A DNA stretch of 64,000 bases from NCBI GenBank assembly GCA_030704615.1, contig CM060732.1, positions 48,918,001 to 48,982,000 of the forward strand. Reading direction: 5' to 3'. The notes below the pieces were generated by a model. It was not told the origin of the DNA, did no database searches, and saw only the letters and a program-made list of their open reading frames with translations. The DNA is from Takakia lepidozioides. Its lineage: Eukaryota; Plantae; Bryophyta. A program made the translations under genes and the position numbers. Below, piece by piece: positions 13,579 through 26,959 of the stretch (the first letter of the stretch is position 1; each line of letters opens with the position of its first letter).

Positions 13579-14870
13579 GTCTCTTAAGAGAATGCCATGA
13601 TGGTCCGCTTGCGGGCCACGGCGGAGCCAAGCGCACCACGGCACTCTTGAAGAAAGAGTATTTCTGGCCCAAACTGAGGGAGGAGGCTGAGGAGTATGTC
13701 AAGACATGCACCACATGCCAACAAAACCGGAGCGAATACAAAAAGCAAGCGGGGCTGTTACAACCCTTGCCGATTCCAGAAGGGTCTTGGGAAAGTGTCT
13801 CGATGGATTTCATGACTGCTATGCCGCTATCAAAAGGATTCGATGCAATCATGGTGGTGGTGGATAGGTTCAGTAAAATGGGCCATTTCATCCCCACCAA
13901 GGAGACGGCAACGGCACAGGAGACGGGGCGACTTTACTTCGCCCACGTCTTCAAGCATCATGGACTCCCGAAGGATATTGTCTCGGACCGCGATCCAAAG
14001 TTTACGAGTAAATTTAGGAGGGCACTTTGGAAGAAGATGGGGACGAGGCTCAAGATGAGCACCACATTCCGACCAACGACGGACGGCCAAACAGAAAGGG
14101 TGAATTCCGTAGTGAAGCAGATCTTGCGGAATTATGTGTCGGCAGACCAATCGGACTGGGTGGAGCACTTGGATGCGGCAGAGTTCTGTTATAATAACAC
14201 AAAACATTCCGCAACGGGAGTTTCCCCCTTCGTATTGGTTTATGGAAAAGCACCTCTAGTGCCGACAAGTTGGGCCGCCCAAGACGTTGAGGAACCGGCA
14301 GCAGCGGCAGTGCTAGAAGAACGCGAGCGTTTGTTGAAGCTCGCAAAGTACAACATTGCCAAAGCTAGGAAACGATATGAACGGCAGGCAAATTGGAAGC
14401 GGAGGGATGTTAAGTTTGAGGCAGGCACGGAGGTCTGGTTGAACATCAAGAATTTTCGACTACCTCCGTAAGTGAGTCCGAAGTTTGTACCTCTGTATGC
14501 GGGACCCTTTCGCATCCAGAAGGTTATGAATGAGGATGTGTATGAATTGGAGCTGCCGGAAAACAGCAAGGTGTATCCGGTATTCCACGTCTCCCTTTTG
14601 AAGCCTTACTTCAAAGATGAAGCGCGCCCGAATCGACATCAAGTGTTGCGTCCGCCACCTGTGCTGTTGGATCATGAAAATGAACCTGAGTACGAGGTGG
14701 AGGCAGTGCTTAAGTCGAGGAGGTTCAAGAATCAAGAAATGGAGTATCTCTTGAAATGGAAGAGCTATCATCATGTGGAGGCATCTTGGGTACGTGCCTC
14801 AGAAATAGGGTACGCATCCGAGGCGGTTGCAGCTTTCGAATGGCGACCTCAAAAGCGGAAGAAGCATTGA
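13579..14870 (+). pseudogene. Integrase with chromodomain
   Basis: HDGPLAGH..CTTCQ, SMDF, SDRD, TDGQTERVN, GPF, chromodomain; in-frame TAA at 14469-14471. Confidence 0.9.
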
Positions 14871-14904
14871 TGGGGACATCAACCTTGGAGCGTGGGGGAG
14901 GATA

Positions 14905-16504
14905 TGCGCATGCTTAGCCCGGCTTAGCTAGCTCAGGAATCCGATTGCAAAAACTTGTATTGTACAAATTTTGTTATAAATGAAATGGTTTCCAAATGTT
15001 GTGCGTCCTATTTTGTTTGGAATGGTGATGCATGGTGTGGTTGGCTAGTGTGTAGAATGCATGCTAGCTTACAAAAGTGGGAGAGGTAAATTGGGTAATC
15101 GTGTATTTGCGCAGTGCCAAAATTGGGTGACTCCCACCCAAGGGGCAAAGAAACTTGCGCTTTCTTTGGGAGTTCACGTGCTAGTGCGCACCTGGCGCGT
15201 GCGCGTACTATAACTGCGCTACCAAGGGGGTTGCCTTGTAGTGCGGGCTAACGTGGAAGCTACGTGCTTCCGTTCACGTACTATAATCGTGTAGCCTCGG
15301 GACGAAGTCGTAGTGCGGCTTCGGCGTGTTCCCGTACCTCAGGCCAGCATTCCAAGGCGGACCCAATTGTAGTGATTGGGGCGCACGGTTGGTTCAAGGT
15401 TATCTTCCTAGTCAAAAAGGGTTCAAGGTGAACCCTTGCTCAAGGTGATGCCAAAAAAGTGGCATCACGAGCGGTCGCAAGCAAATGTTGTTGCAGTAAG
15501 GCGATTCGATCCTCGGGGAGGATCGTTCCTTGGCCTTGAAGTGGGCCAAGAAGAGTGCACTGGGAGGAGCTTGAGAGGCTCCACCCTTGGCCGGGACTTG
15601 GAGGAAGTCGGTCAAACTAGCTAGTGGAGAGTAGAGTCAAGTGGGAGTTTGGTTCTTAGCCATGGGACGCCATGGTGCGGAAACAAACTCCTTGATGTGG
15701 GACGCCACAACTTGGATGTTCGTTTCTACAAAATAGGCAAGTTGATGAGGACATCGGCTCCCTGTTGGTAGGGGTGTGTGTCGCGGCCCTTTGCCTTGAG
15801 GGCAGGGGGTCGGGACACGAGAGGGGCTGCCCCTGTGGTGGGGGCAGTGGCGACAGTAGATGCGGGGGCTGAAGCACCCTTGAGTGCCCAAGGCACTCAA
15901 GGAAGCAAAGGCACTCACTAGGTGGAGCCCCGCACACCGGATTGCGGTGGGGGTGGTTCCACGAGGGGTGGTGTTAGCTTAGTGGGACTTAGTGGGGGTG
16001 GCATAGGACTCACCATGGGGGCGGAGACCTTGTGGTGGGAGTCGTGGGGAGTCTTGGGACTCATCACGGTCCAATGGGACCGTGGTGGGTGGGCCAAGAC
16101 TCATCGCGACTCATCACCGAGAATCGAGGGTTTTCGTGGTGGTTCGCCATAAAATGGCATGGTTGTTTGTGAAACCCCCGCGGACAGTCACAGAAATATA
16201 TATAGGGAGTAGTAACCCCGAGAACGGTGCAAGCCCGTTGGTGACCAAAAACTAGTGAGTAAGCGTGCGAGCCGGAAAGCGACCAAGGTGTGGGGAGCTA
16301 TTCCGGACTGCCATCGACCAAAGGGAATTTCCACTAAGCCCAAATTCGGAGAGGGTCTTGTGGAGGAGTAAAGGGGGACCGTTATGTCCCGGTGAGCAAT
16401 CGAAGCTCCGAGTTGGCCCGGCGGCCAATTAGGGAGTTAGGCGCGCGCATCAAAGCGAGTAACTATGACTTGAAGGGGAGCTTACCGAAGTGAGGTGCGC
16501 GACA
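14905..16504 (+). repeat. 3' LTR of chromovirus copy 2
   Basis: Follows PPT GTGGGGGAGGA; matches 409-2007. Confidence 0.85.
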
Positions 16505-17488
16505 CCACAACACCACATCTCGTTCAGCCATATTGTCGAACACTCCCTTTGCATGCTTGATGCTCCCACATTTGGCATACATGTCCACCAGGGTATTGTT
16601 CAGGATCACATCTAGTACAATTCTAGTTCTGACGATGTCACCATTCACCTCTTTGCCCTTTTGCAGGGCTGTCAGGCTTGCACACGCACTGCAAACGCAC
16701 ACAAACGTGATGTGGTTGGGCTTCACCCCTTCCCCTATCATTTGCTCATAGGTCTCCAAAGCCTCCATCCTGCGCCCCTGCTATGCATATCCTGCGAGCA
16801 TCGCACTCCACGACACCACATTTCGTTCAGCCATATTGTCGAACACTCCCTTTGCATCCTCGATGCACCCACATTTGGCATACATGTCCACCAAGGCAGT
16901 ATTCAGGATGACATCTAGTAGGATTCCAGCTCTCACGATGTCGCCATGCACCTCTTTGCCCTTTTCTAGGGCTGCCAGGCTTGCACACGCACTGCAAACG
17001 CTCACAAACGTGATGTGGTTGGGCTTCACCGCTTCCCCCATCATTTGCTCATAGGTCTCCAAAGCATTCCTACTGCACACATGCTTGGTAAATCCTGCCA
17101 ACATTATATTCCACGTGATCAAAGATCGTTGAGGCATTATGTTGAACACTTGGTGAGCATCCATGATGCTCCCGCACTTAACATACATGTTGACAAGGGT
17201 GTTGAGGAGAAAAACATTTGGCGTGAATCCACTTTGGATAATATGAGTGTGCACCTGCTTTCCAACTTCCAGGCCTTTCACCTTGATGCACTTATGCAAG
17301 AGACAGACATGCATTTCTGAATCTGCTGAAATGCCTCCTTGGTTTAAAGTCTGTAGAGCCTCTTTCAGTCTGCGTGCCTCACAAGGCATCTTCACATGCC
17401 GAGAAGTGCCAGAAGAGGCATTGTGGACTCCCTCTCTTGATTCTTTTCCAGAAGTTGTGGTCTTGGTTGAGGTGCATGATTTTATCAA
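16505..17488 (-). pseudogene. PLS-class pentatricopeptide repeat (PPR) protein, disrupted
   Basis: P-L-S triplets (NTLVNMYVKCGS..A..VF..M, VSWSAMLAGYA, KPNHITFVSVCSACASLAALEKGKEVH) with a ~303-bp period; in-frame TAG at 16781; cut by the LTR at 16504. Confidence 0.92.
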
Positions 17489-17635
17489 CTGTGACGTTGC
17501 AGCCGCTGCCTTTAGTTGACCATCTACCCATGCAGGTTTCTTGTAGCTATTGATCCTAACTAGTGCCTTGTTCTATCAATGTGCTGTTGCCGCTGCTGTT
17601 TCCAGTTGACCATCTACCCACTTGTAGCCGCTGTG

Positions 17636-18117
17636 CTATTGAAGAAGGTGCCCCCTTTCCCCCATTTCCCAGAGGTCCCAGGCTTGCACACGCTTTTGAA
17701 AACACAAACACCCACGCGTGGTAAATCCTTCCAGCATTGTATTCCATGAGATCAAAGATCGTTGAGGCATTCTGTTGAAAACTTGGTGAGCATTCATGAT
17801 GCTCCCGCACTTAACATACAGGTTGACAAGGGTGTTGAGGAGAAAAACAGTTGGCGTGAGTCCACTTTGGATCATAATGTGAGTGTGCACCTGCTTTCCA
17901 GCTTCCAAACCTTTCCTCTTGATGCACTTAAGCAAGAGACAGACATACTTATCTAAATCTGCTGAAATTCCTCATTGGTTTAAAATTTGTAGAGCCTCAT
18001 TCAGTCTGCCTGCCTCACAAAGCATCTTGACATGCCCAGAAGTGCCAGAACAAGCATTGTGGACTCCCTCTCCTTCCAGAAACTGTGGTCATGGTTGAGG
18101 TGCCTGATTTGATCATT
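17636..18117 (-). pseudogene. Degenerate tandem duplicate of the PPR 5' coding region
   Basis: GKQVHTHIMIQSGLTPTVFLLNTLVNLYVKCGSI; direct repeat of ~17060-17540 with indels. Confidence 0.85.
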
Positions 18118-20143
18118 TGTGCCGCTACTGCCGCGGCTTCCAATTGACCATCTACCCATGCAGGTTTCTTGTAGCTATCCTTCCACACGGAATCATAGGT
18201 GATCTGGAGCTTGAAATCCGGCCCGCTTCGATGAATCTCAACCCACACTCTATCCCTGCTCCTTCATTCCAAAGCTTCTCCTAGTTTCTGTTATTTGTTT
18301 TCAATACTTTCTTGTTGCCACATAGGCAGTAACATGTCAAAATCACTTCAAAACCCTCGGTACCATAGATCCACCAAGAGCCAACCTGCAGAATTCAACA
18401 TGAAATTAGGGACAACTCTCATAACAGGGAAAACAGGCTGAAATGTATTGAAGAAGGTGCCTCCGTTACCGCTGCCTGGTTCTATCAACCGAGTCCGATG
18501 GGAGGGAAAAACAGGCTGAAATAGGTCAAAGAAGAAGGTGCCCTCACCACATTGTCCTCGACCTTGTGTCATGACCCATGGAGGATTTGACTGACCATGA
18601 ACCTAAGAGAACCTCTCATGTGTGCTACTTGTGTCTGTAGTCAGGTAATGTCTGATTGGTCTGTGAGAACCACCACGATGCAGCTGAGCGGGCAGAAATT
18701 GAAGCACGGCCTGCTAAGACCAAGCTGACTCTTCCAAGAACCTTGTAAACATCAGGAAGGATACCAAAGCATGGTACTAACAAGAGCCAAGAGCCCACAT
18801 TTGCAGGATGGACAAACTTCTTCACATCGTACATTAAGAAAAAGCCACACCTTGCGATTGCGGTTGTCCCACAATCGTGAAGGATCTTTAAGAACTCATG
18901 CCAGCTCTGCTCCGTGCTGCAAATTCAGGGCTGAGTCTGATGGGAGCGCAAAACAGGCTGAAATAGGTCGAAGAAGAAGGTGCCCTCACCACATTGTCCT
19001 CGACCTAAGACCAAGCTGGCTCTCCCCAGAACGGCGAGCTCTCAGCCGACACCTAGTCCTCGCACACATACCCTAGCGTTTGTCGGGTTGCTTGCTTTTC
19101 AGATGCGAAGGTTGCTCCAACTGCGGGCCTCCCATGTTTGCCCTCCCTCCCGCTCGCTGCTCTAAGTCCCAGCCCTCTCTTTCTCCCTCCCGCTCGCTCG
19201 CTCTAAGTCCCAGCCCTCTGTTCACAGCTACCGGGATGGGCAATTTTTTTTTTAAAATAACCTTTTGCAAACCCTACAAGCAACTTTTGCAAAAAAAAAT
19301 TAAACCTTTTGCAACAAGTTTTAAAGGTACCATGTACTAGCTCTACCCTGTTTTCATTTTACAATGTTGAATGATTCATATTTATGTCACTGCACTGATA
19401 TGGCCACACTTAATTTGACTCCCTTCAATCATAATATGAGGACTGTTAAGCTTGCATTGCATTCGGTTTACATTGCAAAGTGCGTCGACCACCTCTTCGT
19501 CTTTCCGATGGCAGATTTCTGAAGTTCATGATTTATTCCATTTGCAGCGGAGTACTAACTAAACCCATACACCACAATCAGTGGAAATAATTATATGGTC
19601 CCATTTCACACACGTGTGTAACATGCCATGTAAACTAAGCCAACCCCTGCCACGCTCATGGCTGTTTTCACACCGATCTTGCCTGGGGTGTGGACCACAT
19701 GTGAGACACCCCACAGTTAGGGCATATTTAGACCCACACCTCGGCTTGGTCTACAGACCCGTGATAAAAGCCGTGGAATGTGCCAGGTGTGAGATGGCAT
19801 ACCCGTGGAAAAAGCCGGTTTCTCTTCTAGTGGATCAACCAGCCAATATAATTCGGTAGCAAAGTCTTGTTTCGGGGGTTGTAGCGATTGTGGGGATGAG
19901 GTAGTAGTAGAGTATTTCTCCCAGAGCCACGTTAGTCTTGTATTGGGGATGAGGCCAATGAAGCGGCCATGTTGAGCGTAAATGTTGGAAAGGCGGGGGC
20001 CCATGTGGATTAGAGGTTGATCATGCTTGACATCTTTGTCAGGATTACATTCAGTTATGCAGATGTGCACGTTGGGGGCATAGAGTGGTTGGTGTATATA
20101 TCTGTTATCTGTAGGTTGGGCGGGAGTGGTGTGTTGATGGTGC

Positions 20144-20408
20144 TGTCAAGCGGCTTTTACTCACCCATCCCTTCGCTATCCGAGGTGGAAACTCCAAGAT
20201 AGAAGAATTGGATATCTCTAAGCACTCAGCCCGCTCAGTACAATCAGTCATGACCTGCAGCTAGTGAATCATGGTTGTGCTTCCCATTTGTATTCCTTCT
20301 TGCCTTCATATTATCAATTTACCTTATCTGATACTGAAGCATCAGATTGCTTCAGTATCTACTTAGTTCTAGTTAATCATGCATGCATTTCACAACTTCT
20401 CTCATGCC
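20144..20408 (-). repeat. Truncated Gypsy-B LTR fragment
   Basis: Near-identical to 12745-13008, starting at the same terminal dinucleotide. Confidence 0.88.
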
Positions 20409-20714
20409 TGGGGGGTGCACTCCAGCCAATATGTACCAGCCACGTGCGTGCACAGGAGGGGGTATTTTAAACCCCTCCATGTACAACATTATACATATAG
20501 AGGGGGGTTTATATCACCTTAAATATAATCTTACAGGAGGGGGTTATTGAATTTTAGGAGTAGTCTAGTGGTAAGGGCGTAGAATGTGTCGTGACGCACC
20601 GCGGGATCAAATCGCGATGTACTGTTGTTTTGCTTTTCTTTTTTTTCTTTTCTCCCCGCGATCTGTCTCCCGTGGGCTCTCTTTTCCCTCCCCCCCCCCC
20701 GCACCCCTTCCGTG

Positions 20715-21835
20715 TCAGCTTGGTCTTAGCAGGCCATGTTTCAATCTCTGCTCAATCTCGCCGTGCATGCCAGGGGGCAGTGCAGACAGGCCAGGGCAGT
20801 GTTCTTGAGAAGACCACCTTCATAGAACAAGGTAGCCTAACAAAATGAAGACGGGACACTCCCATGGATATTATGGAGTATATATCTTTATTTCCTTGGT
20901 TCGTGCTTTGGTTTCTGATGCACTACAACTCTTATGGCATGCCATCCATGCACTGAAGCTCATTGCCTTCGTTCTTCTTTCTTCTTTGTGACCCCCTCTC
21001 TTTCTTGTTTCTTTTTTCCTCTTATTCCATAAGATCTTTGAGCTTCCTGCAGCCATTGTGAAGTACGATTTCATTTCATTGCTTTTCTTTTGTTCTGTTC
21101 CTCTGCGCCTCTCCACCTATCCTAAGCCGCTGATCGACTTTCAGAATTTTCATCCCGCATGTGGAAACCGATATGCAGATGGTCAACTGGAAACAATAGC
21201 GGCAGCAGCGCATTGATAGAACAAGGCACTGCTAATGAAGGTACCTTCTTCAACGCATTTCAGCCTGTTTTCCCTGTTAGTAGAGTCGTCCCTATTTTTT
21301 CATGTTGAATTCTGCAAGTTAGCTCGTTGGTGGATCTATGGTGGTTTTGGAGTGATTTTGTGCTCCCTGTACCTTCTTCTTCAACCTATTTCTGTCTGTT
21401 TTGCCCTCTCATCATTAGGGTTTAGGGTGTTTGCTGGAAGAACTTCATGCCATCAGTGTCAGCTGCTAGTATCAAGGCTGAGGATGTATTCATGATTTGT
21501 CCACAGGCAGGGATAGCTGAGGACCAGGGATAGAGGTCTAGATTCATCCAAGAGGGCCGGATTTCAAACACAAGTTTCTTTCTGCTTCCCTGTGGATCAA
21601 TAGCTACAAGCAATCGCGCGAGGAGATGGTCAACTGGAAACATCAGCGGCAACAGTGCAATTGATAGAACAAGGCGATGCTAATGAAAGTACATTCTTCA
21701 ACACATTTCAGCCCGTTTTTCCCTGTTATCATAGTTTTTCTTTGTTTTTGCCTGAAGGAGCAGGGATAGAGTGTGGGTCCAGATTCATCCACGAGGGTTG
21801 GACTTCAAGCTCCAGATTACCTTGATTCCATGTGG
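20715..21835 (+). repeat. Inverted patchwork copy of the PPR-locus upstream region
   Basis: Blocks are reverse complements of ~18690-18730, 17560-17610, 18340-18470 and 18180-18260; cut by C1 copy b at 21836. Confidence 0.7.
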
Positions 21836-22731
21836 GGAGGTTTACTATTTCATGAGCAGAAACCATGAGCCATGAGCCATGAGCCGCATGAGCCGCATGA
21901 GCGGTGAGCCAAAGTCTAAGACACGCGGTTTTCATGAGCAGACTTCTCCAAATTTGGAAATGCGGCAGATTAAAAAAGTATTAAAATAATAGTTTTTTAT
22001 TTGACATTGCCGTTTTTGGAAGTTCCAGATCCTATAATGCGGCAAAGATATGTCGTGAGTAACAATTCCGCTCATGGTTTTGTAAATCTGCTCATGAAAA
22101 AAATTGACCGTGCAATGAGAAATCCAGTATACCACAGCAAAAGGACGCTGCATACTGGCGTGTATAGAGTATTCCGCGGTTTTATATGCCCTAACATTGG
22201 AATGAAGTTGACCCTTCTGTCACGATTGTATGATCCCTATGCAACAACACAGTCTGCAGTGCTTGAAAATTCTTGCTTCTTCCTGCATTCTGCGGGAAAG
22301 GTTTGCCACTCCACTAGGAAATGCGGTGCCGCATTACAGTTCGCACGTGCGAGAATTCTGAGGGGTTCAGTGTTCTCGACGGTCGGCGCCCTGAAGACTC
22401 GGTGCGATTATCTTACTATGACCAAGGCTGCAACTACCAGTACCTACTACGTTACTTGGAAATGCGGCGCCGCAGGTCGAATGAGGTAAGCAAAGTTTGG
22501 GAGAGCAGAAAAACAAGAACCCCCAAAAAAAACAAAAATCCAAGCGTGTGGAAACAGAAGGTAATGACATAGTATTATCTTAGTTTGACCAAAATAGGTT
22601 ACTGGTAGACAAGACATAAGTCAAACCTTTATGTAGCCAAAGTTAGAGGTACTTGCAGTAGTACAGTTCTACTATAACTGAAACTCCGAAAAGGATGGGC
22701 GTAACATTGTCTTGTGCCCCGCAAGCCAAGC

Positions 22732-23720
22732 TCACTGGTCCCCTGGATCCATATTCAGAAGAGTGTACATCTCGTCGGGGCTCAACGCTAGTGCATGTAT
22801 GAAGTGATGAGTTGTGGAATTACACCGGAGTCTCTTTAGGTACACGTAGTACAGATGCTTGCAAGGGCAGTATGATGCCCCCTTCTTTGCCATGATCTGG
22901 AAGTCGGTGCAATTGCAGGTGGGTAATTCTGAAATGGTGATGGTGTACACCTCATTGCGGACAACTGAGCCTGCCGTGGCCATCTGATACACACGCCCGA
23001 AGCCTGGTGGGGGCACTTCTGTTGAGCTCTGGATTGTATAGTTCATCCCAAGTGCATTCCCCATCCTTGTCTCGTTCACTTTTGAGGGAGGTCGCCGTCT
23101 CTTCGGTTTTTCCCAACGGTGTGTAGGATGCTTAGAATTGTCACATACATTTGTTCTTGCTCTCATAGGGGTCGGTGGTGGAGGCTGTGGAACCGGAAAT
23201 GGTTGTCTGGGACGTCAGTGCGCTGCACCATCCAAAATCCTGCTGCAGTAAGGGCGTCGGCCTCAACCTGACTCAAATTGTATCCCGGTTCCACCGGCCA
23301 CACCGGGGGAGCCTCTGGCACTGCTTGTATGCCGTACTTGGGCTTTCCATAGACACAAGTCATAATGTCATGCCTACAGAACCAGAACTGGGTCGTCGTC
23401 GCCTCCGCAAACTTTGCATGGACAAATCTTCCCGTGAAAGTAGGAGCGGGGACAGCCCCAACTAGGTTCCTTCTTATCATCTATCCACAATGTTGTCGTG
23501 TATCACTCGAATTGCAGAACACTTGCCTCATATGGGGTGCCGCAGACTGACACCGAATTTGATCCACCGAGGAGCGAGTATGGGTGGATGTCAAGGGGAC
23601 GGAACTCCGACCATGCATTTTTGTCCAGGCTGCCATCAACATGTACCCCTTCAGTGGATTTTGGGGAAGTGAGGTGGGTGGACTGCCATTCGAGCTTGCG
23701 ATGGGGACGGTCGTCCCCAC
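22732..23720 (-). pseudogene. Mutator-like transposase C-terminal fragment (Cys-rich domain and SWIM)
   Basis: PAPTFTGRF..FWFCRHDIMTCVYG..VWPVEPG and CNCTDF..CPCKHLYY; DDE region missing. Confidence 0.82.
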
Positions 23721-23739
23721 TACCACTTACCGTTGCCTT

Positions 23740-26700
23740 CATGACAATGGGACAGAAATGCCGCACCGCATATCCGTTCGGATAGCCATACACCCTTGCC
23801 TTCATGACAGAGGGGACAGAAATGCGGTGTCGCATTTCCGTCCGGACTGCCATTAGACCTTGCCTTCATGACAGTGGGGACGGATATGCGGTCCCGCATT
23901 TCAGTCCCCACTACCAGTTACCCTTGCCTCCATAATAGTAGGACGGAAATGTGGCACAGCATTTCCGTCCCACCTACTATACACCCTTGCCTTCATGACA
24001 GTGGGGACGGAAAATCGGTTTTGCATTTCCGTCCAGACTGCCCTGAGACCCTTCCTTCATGACATTGGGGACGGAAATACGGTGCCGCATTTCCGTCCGG
24101 ACTGCCATTGGACCTTGCCTCCATGACAGTGGGGACGGACGGAAATGCGGTGTCGCATTTCCGTCCTGACTGCCATTGGACCTTGCCATCATTACAGTGG
24201 GGACGGACGCAAATGCTGCATTTCCGTCCGGACTGCCATTGGACCTTGCCTTCACTACAGTGGGGACGGAAATGCAGTGCCGCTTTTCCGTCCGGACTGC
24301 CAGAAGACCTTGCATTCATAAGAGTGGGGACGCAAATGCGGTGCCGCATGTCGGCCGTCCCCACTACCAGTTACCCTTGCCTCCATAACAGTGGGACGGA
24401 AATGCGGTGCCGCATTTTAGTCGCCACTACCAATTACCCTTGCCTCCATGACAGTGGGACGGAAATGCGGCACCGCATTTCCGTCCCACCTGCCATACAC
24501 CCATTGCCTTCTGGAAATGCGGCGCTGCATTTCTATCCAACGACGATGACTATAGAGAAAAAAAATTAGGGTTCTGGTTTTTCTTACCCGCCACCCCCTG
24601 TGGTCGGAAATGCGGCACCACATTTCCATCCAACGGATAGAGCTAGAAAAAACAAGGAAAATTTTTTTTTTGGATTTTTTTTTCTCTACCCCCTATAGGC
24701 CGAAATGCGGCGCCGCATTTCAATCCAGCGGCGATGACAAGAGGAAGAAAAACGGTTAGGGTTATTTTTTTCCCCCTTCTACCCCTTGTTGTTGGAAATG
24801 CGGCACCGCATTTCCATCCAGCGGGGATGACTAAAAAAGCGGGGGGGGAACTTTTTTTGTCCCCACCCCTATGGACGGAAATGCGGCACCGCATTTCAAT
24901 CCAGCGGCGATGACAAGAGGAAAAAAAACGGTTAGGATTTTTTTTTTTCCCCCCTTCTATCCCCTGTTGTTGGAAATGCGGCGCCGCATTTCCATCCAGC
25001 GGGGATCACTAAGGGCGGGGGGGGGGGGGGGGGGGGCAAATAAAAATAATAATAAAAATAAAAAATTGTCCCCACCCCTATGGGCGGAAATGCGGCGCCG
25101 CATTTCAATACAGCGGCAATGACAAGAGGAAAAAAACGGTTAGGGTTTTTTTTTTTCCCCCTTCTATCCCCTGTTGTTGGAAATGTGGCGCCGCATTTCC
25201 ATCCAGCGGGGATGACCAGAGGGGGGCGGGGGAGGGGGGAAAAAACAAACAAAAAAAAAACAAAAACTTTTTTTTGTCCCCACCCCTATGGACGGAAATG
25301 CGGCGCCGCATTTCAATTCAGTGGCGATGACAAGAAAAAATAAAGTTAGGGTTGCTTTTTCCACCCCCCCCCTCTACCCTCTGTTGTTGGAAATGCAGCG
25401 CCGCGTTTCCATCTAGCGGGGATGACAAGAGAAAAAAAAGGAAAAAAACAGAAACTGAGAATTTTTTATTTCTTGTTTTCACCCCCTTTGGATGGAAATG
25501 CGGCACCGCATTTCAATCCAGCGGCGATGACTAGAGGAAAAACAATCAGGGGTTATTTCCCCCCTCCCCCCTGTGGTTGAAAATGCGGCGCCGCAATTCC
25601 CATCCAGCGGGAATGACTAGAGGGGGAAAAAAGAAAAAACACCGTCAAACGACTTTCAAAGAGCACGGGTGAATGGCAGTCGGGACGGAAACCCCGACTC
25701 GCATCCCCCTTTGCACGATGATCATCATTTGGGGAAAAGAGGTGGGCAGGATGAACCTGGCAACGGAAATGCGCTGCCGCATTTTTGTCCGGACTGACAC
25801 CTACCGATCACTTTATACCTAGTGGGACGGAAATGCGGCACCACATTTCCATCCGGGTTCCCACTGGACCATGCCTTCCTACCATTGTGGATGGAAATGT
25901 GGTGCCGCATTTCCGTCCTAACTGACACCTAAGCATCCTTGATACATGGTGGGATGATAATCCGGTGCCGCATTTCCGTCCGGGCTCCCATTTCACCATG
26001 CATTTTTAACAGTCTGGACGGAAATGCATTGCCGCATTTGCGTCCGGACTGACACCTAAGCATCCCTTAACACCTGGTGGGACGGAAATACGACGCCGCA
26101 TTTCCGTCTGGGGTCCCACTGGACCATGCCTTTCTACCATTGTGGATGGAAATGCGGTGGCGCATTTCCTAACTCACACCTAAGTATCCTTGATACATGG
26201 TGGGATGATAATCCGGTGCCGCATTTCCGTCCGGGCTCTTATTCCACCATTTTTAACAGTCTGGACGGAAATGCGGTGCCGCATTTCCGTCTGGGCTCCA
26301 TCTGTACGATCCCTAAACAGGTGGTTAGATTGAAATGCGGTGCCGCATTCCCGTCCAGACATTGCTTTCCCGAGAGTCTGGACGGAAACGCGCCACCGTA
26401 TTTCCTTCCGGACTGATAGTGGACCATGCCTTCATTTTTGGTGGGACGGAAATGCGGTGCCGCATTTCCGTCTAGAAGACCACTTCAGTTTGCGTACTTG
26501 GCAGTTGAAGGGAAATGCGGCGCCGCATTTCCGTCTGGACTGTCATTGTACATTTTCTTAATGACAGCTTCGACGGAATTGCGGTGCCGCATTCCAGGCC
26601 CGCTACCACTTACTCTGGCAGACAGGACAGCGAAACGGAAGTGCGGCACCGCATTCCCATCGAACTTGCCAAACAACCTTTTCTTCATGATAGGATGGCC

Positions 26701-26820
26701 GCAAATCCATCCATCCAGCCTTACCATCCTGAGAATGGGGACGGAAATGCGGTGCCGTATTTCCGTCCCAACTGCCCTCCACGCTTGCCTTCAGTAAAGA
26801 GGGTTCACGAAGGGGACGGA
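23740..26820. repeat. C1 tandem array of palindrome GGAAATGCGGCGCCGCATTTCC (~60-100 bp period)
   Basis: Dozens of copies of the 22-bp palindrome with TG/CA variants at the central CG; homopolymer-rich spacers at ~24530-25640. Confidence 0.93.
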
Positions 26821-26959
26821 AATCTCATTTCTTCTCTTTAGTTTCTCTTATGTTGCACAACCTCATAGTGAGGTGGTGGAGGGATCGTAGGGCTCTGAAG
26901 ACCCGCAGGACGAAAAGGAGGAAGCTACTGCAGCCCGCACACACCCTCGACCTTCTAGC

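Larger units (their letters stand above)
13579..16504 (+). mobile_element. Chromovirus copy 2 (integrase-chromodomain plus 3' LTR)
   Basis: Integrase ORFs 13647-14471 and 14472-14870 (one stop), PPT, LTR 14905-16504 ending GCGACA inside a PPR coding sequence. Confidence 0.92.

Noticed and set aside
409-16504. Large inverted repeat 409-3330 versus 13579-16504 as one TIR element or fold-back
   Set aside because: Two independent, diverged chromovirus copies in opposite orientation, each with its own junction.
19160-19220. CTAAGTCCC shared by this CT-rich stretch, the Gypsy-B LTR end and the C2 repeats
   Set aside because: A 9-bp match without further alignment; cannot be distinguished from chance.
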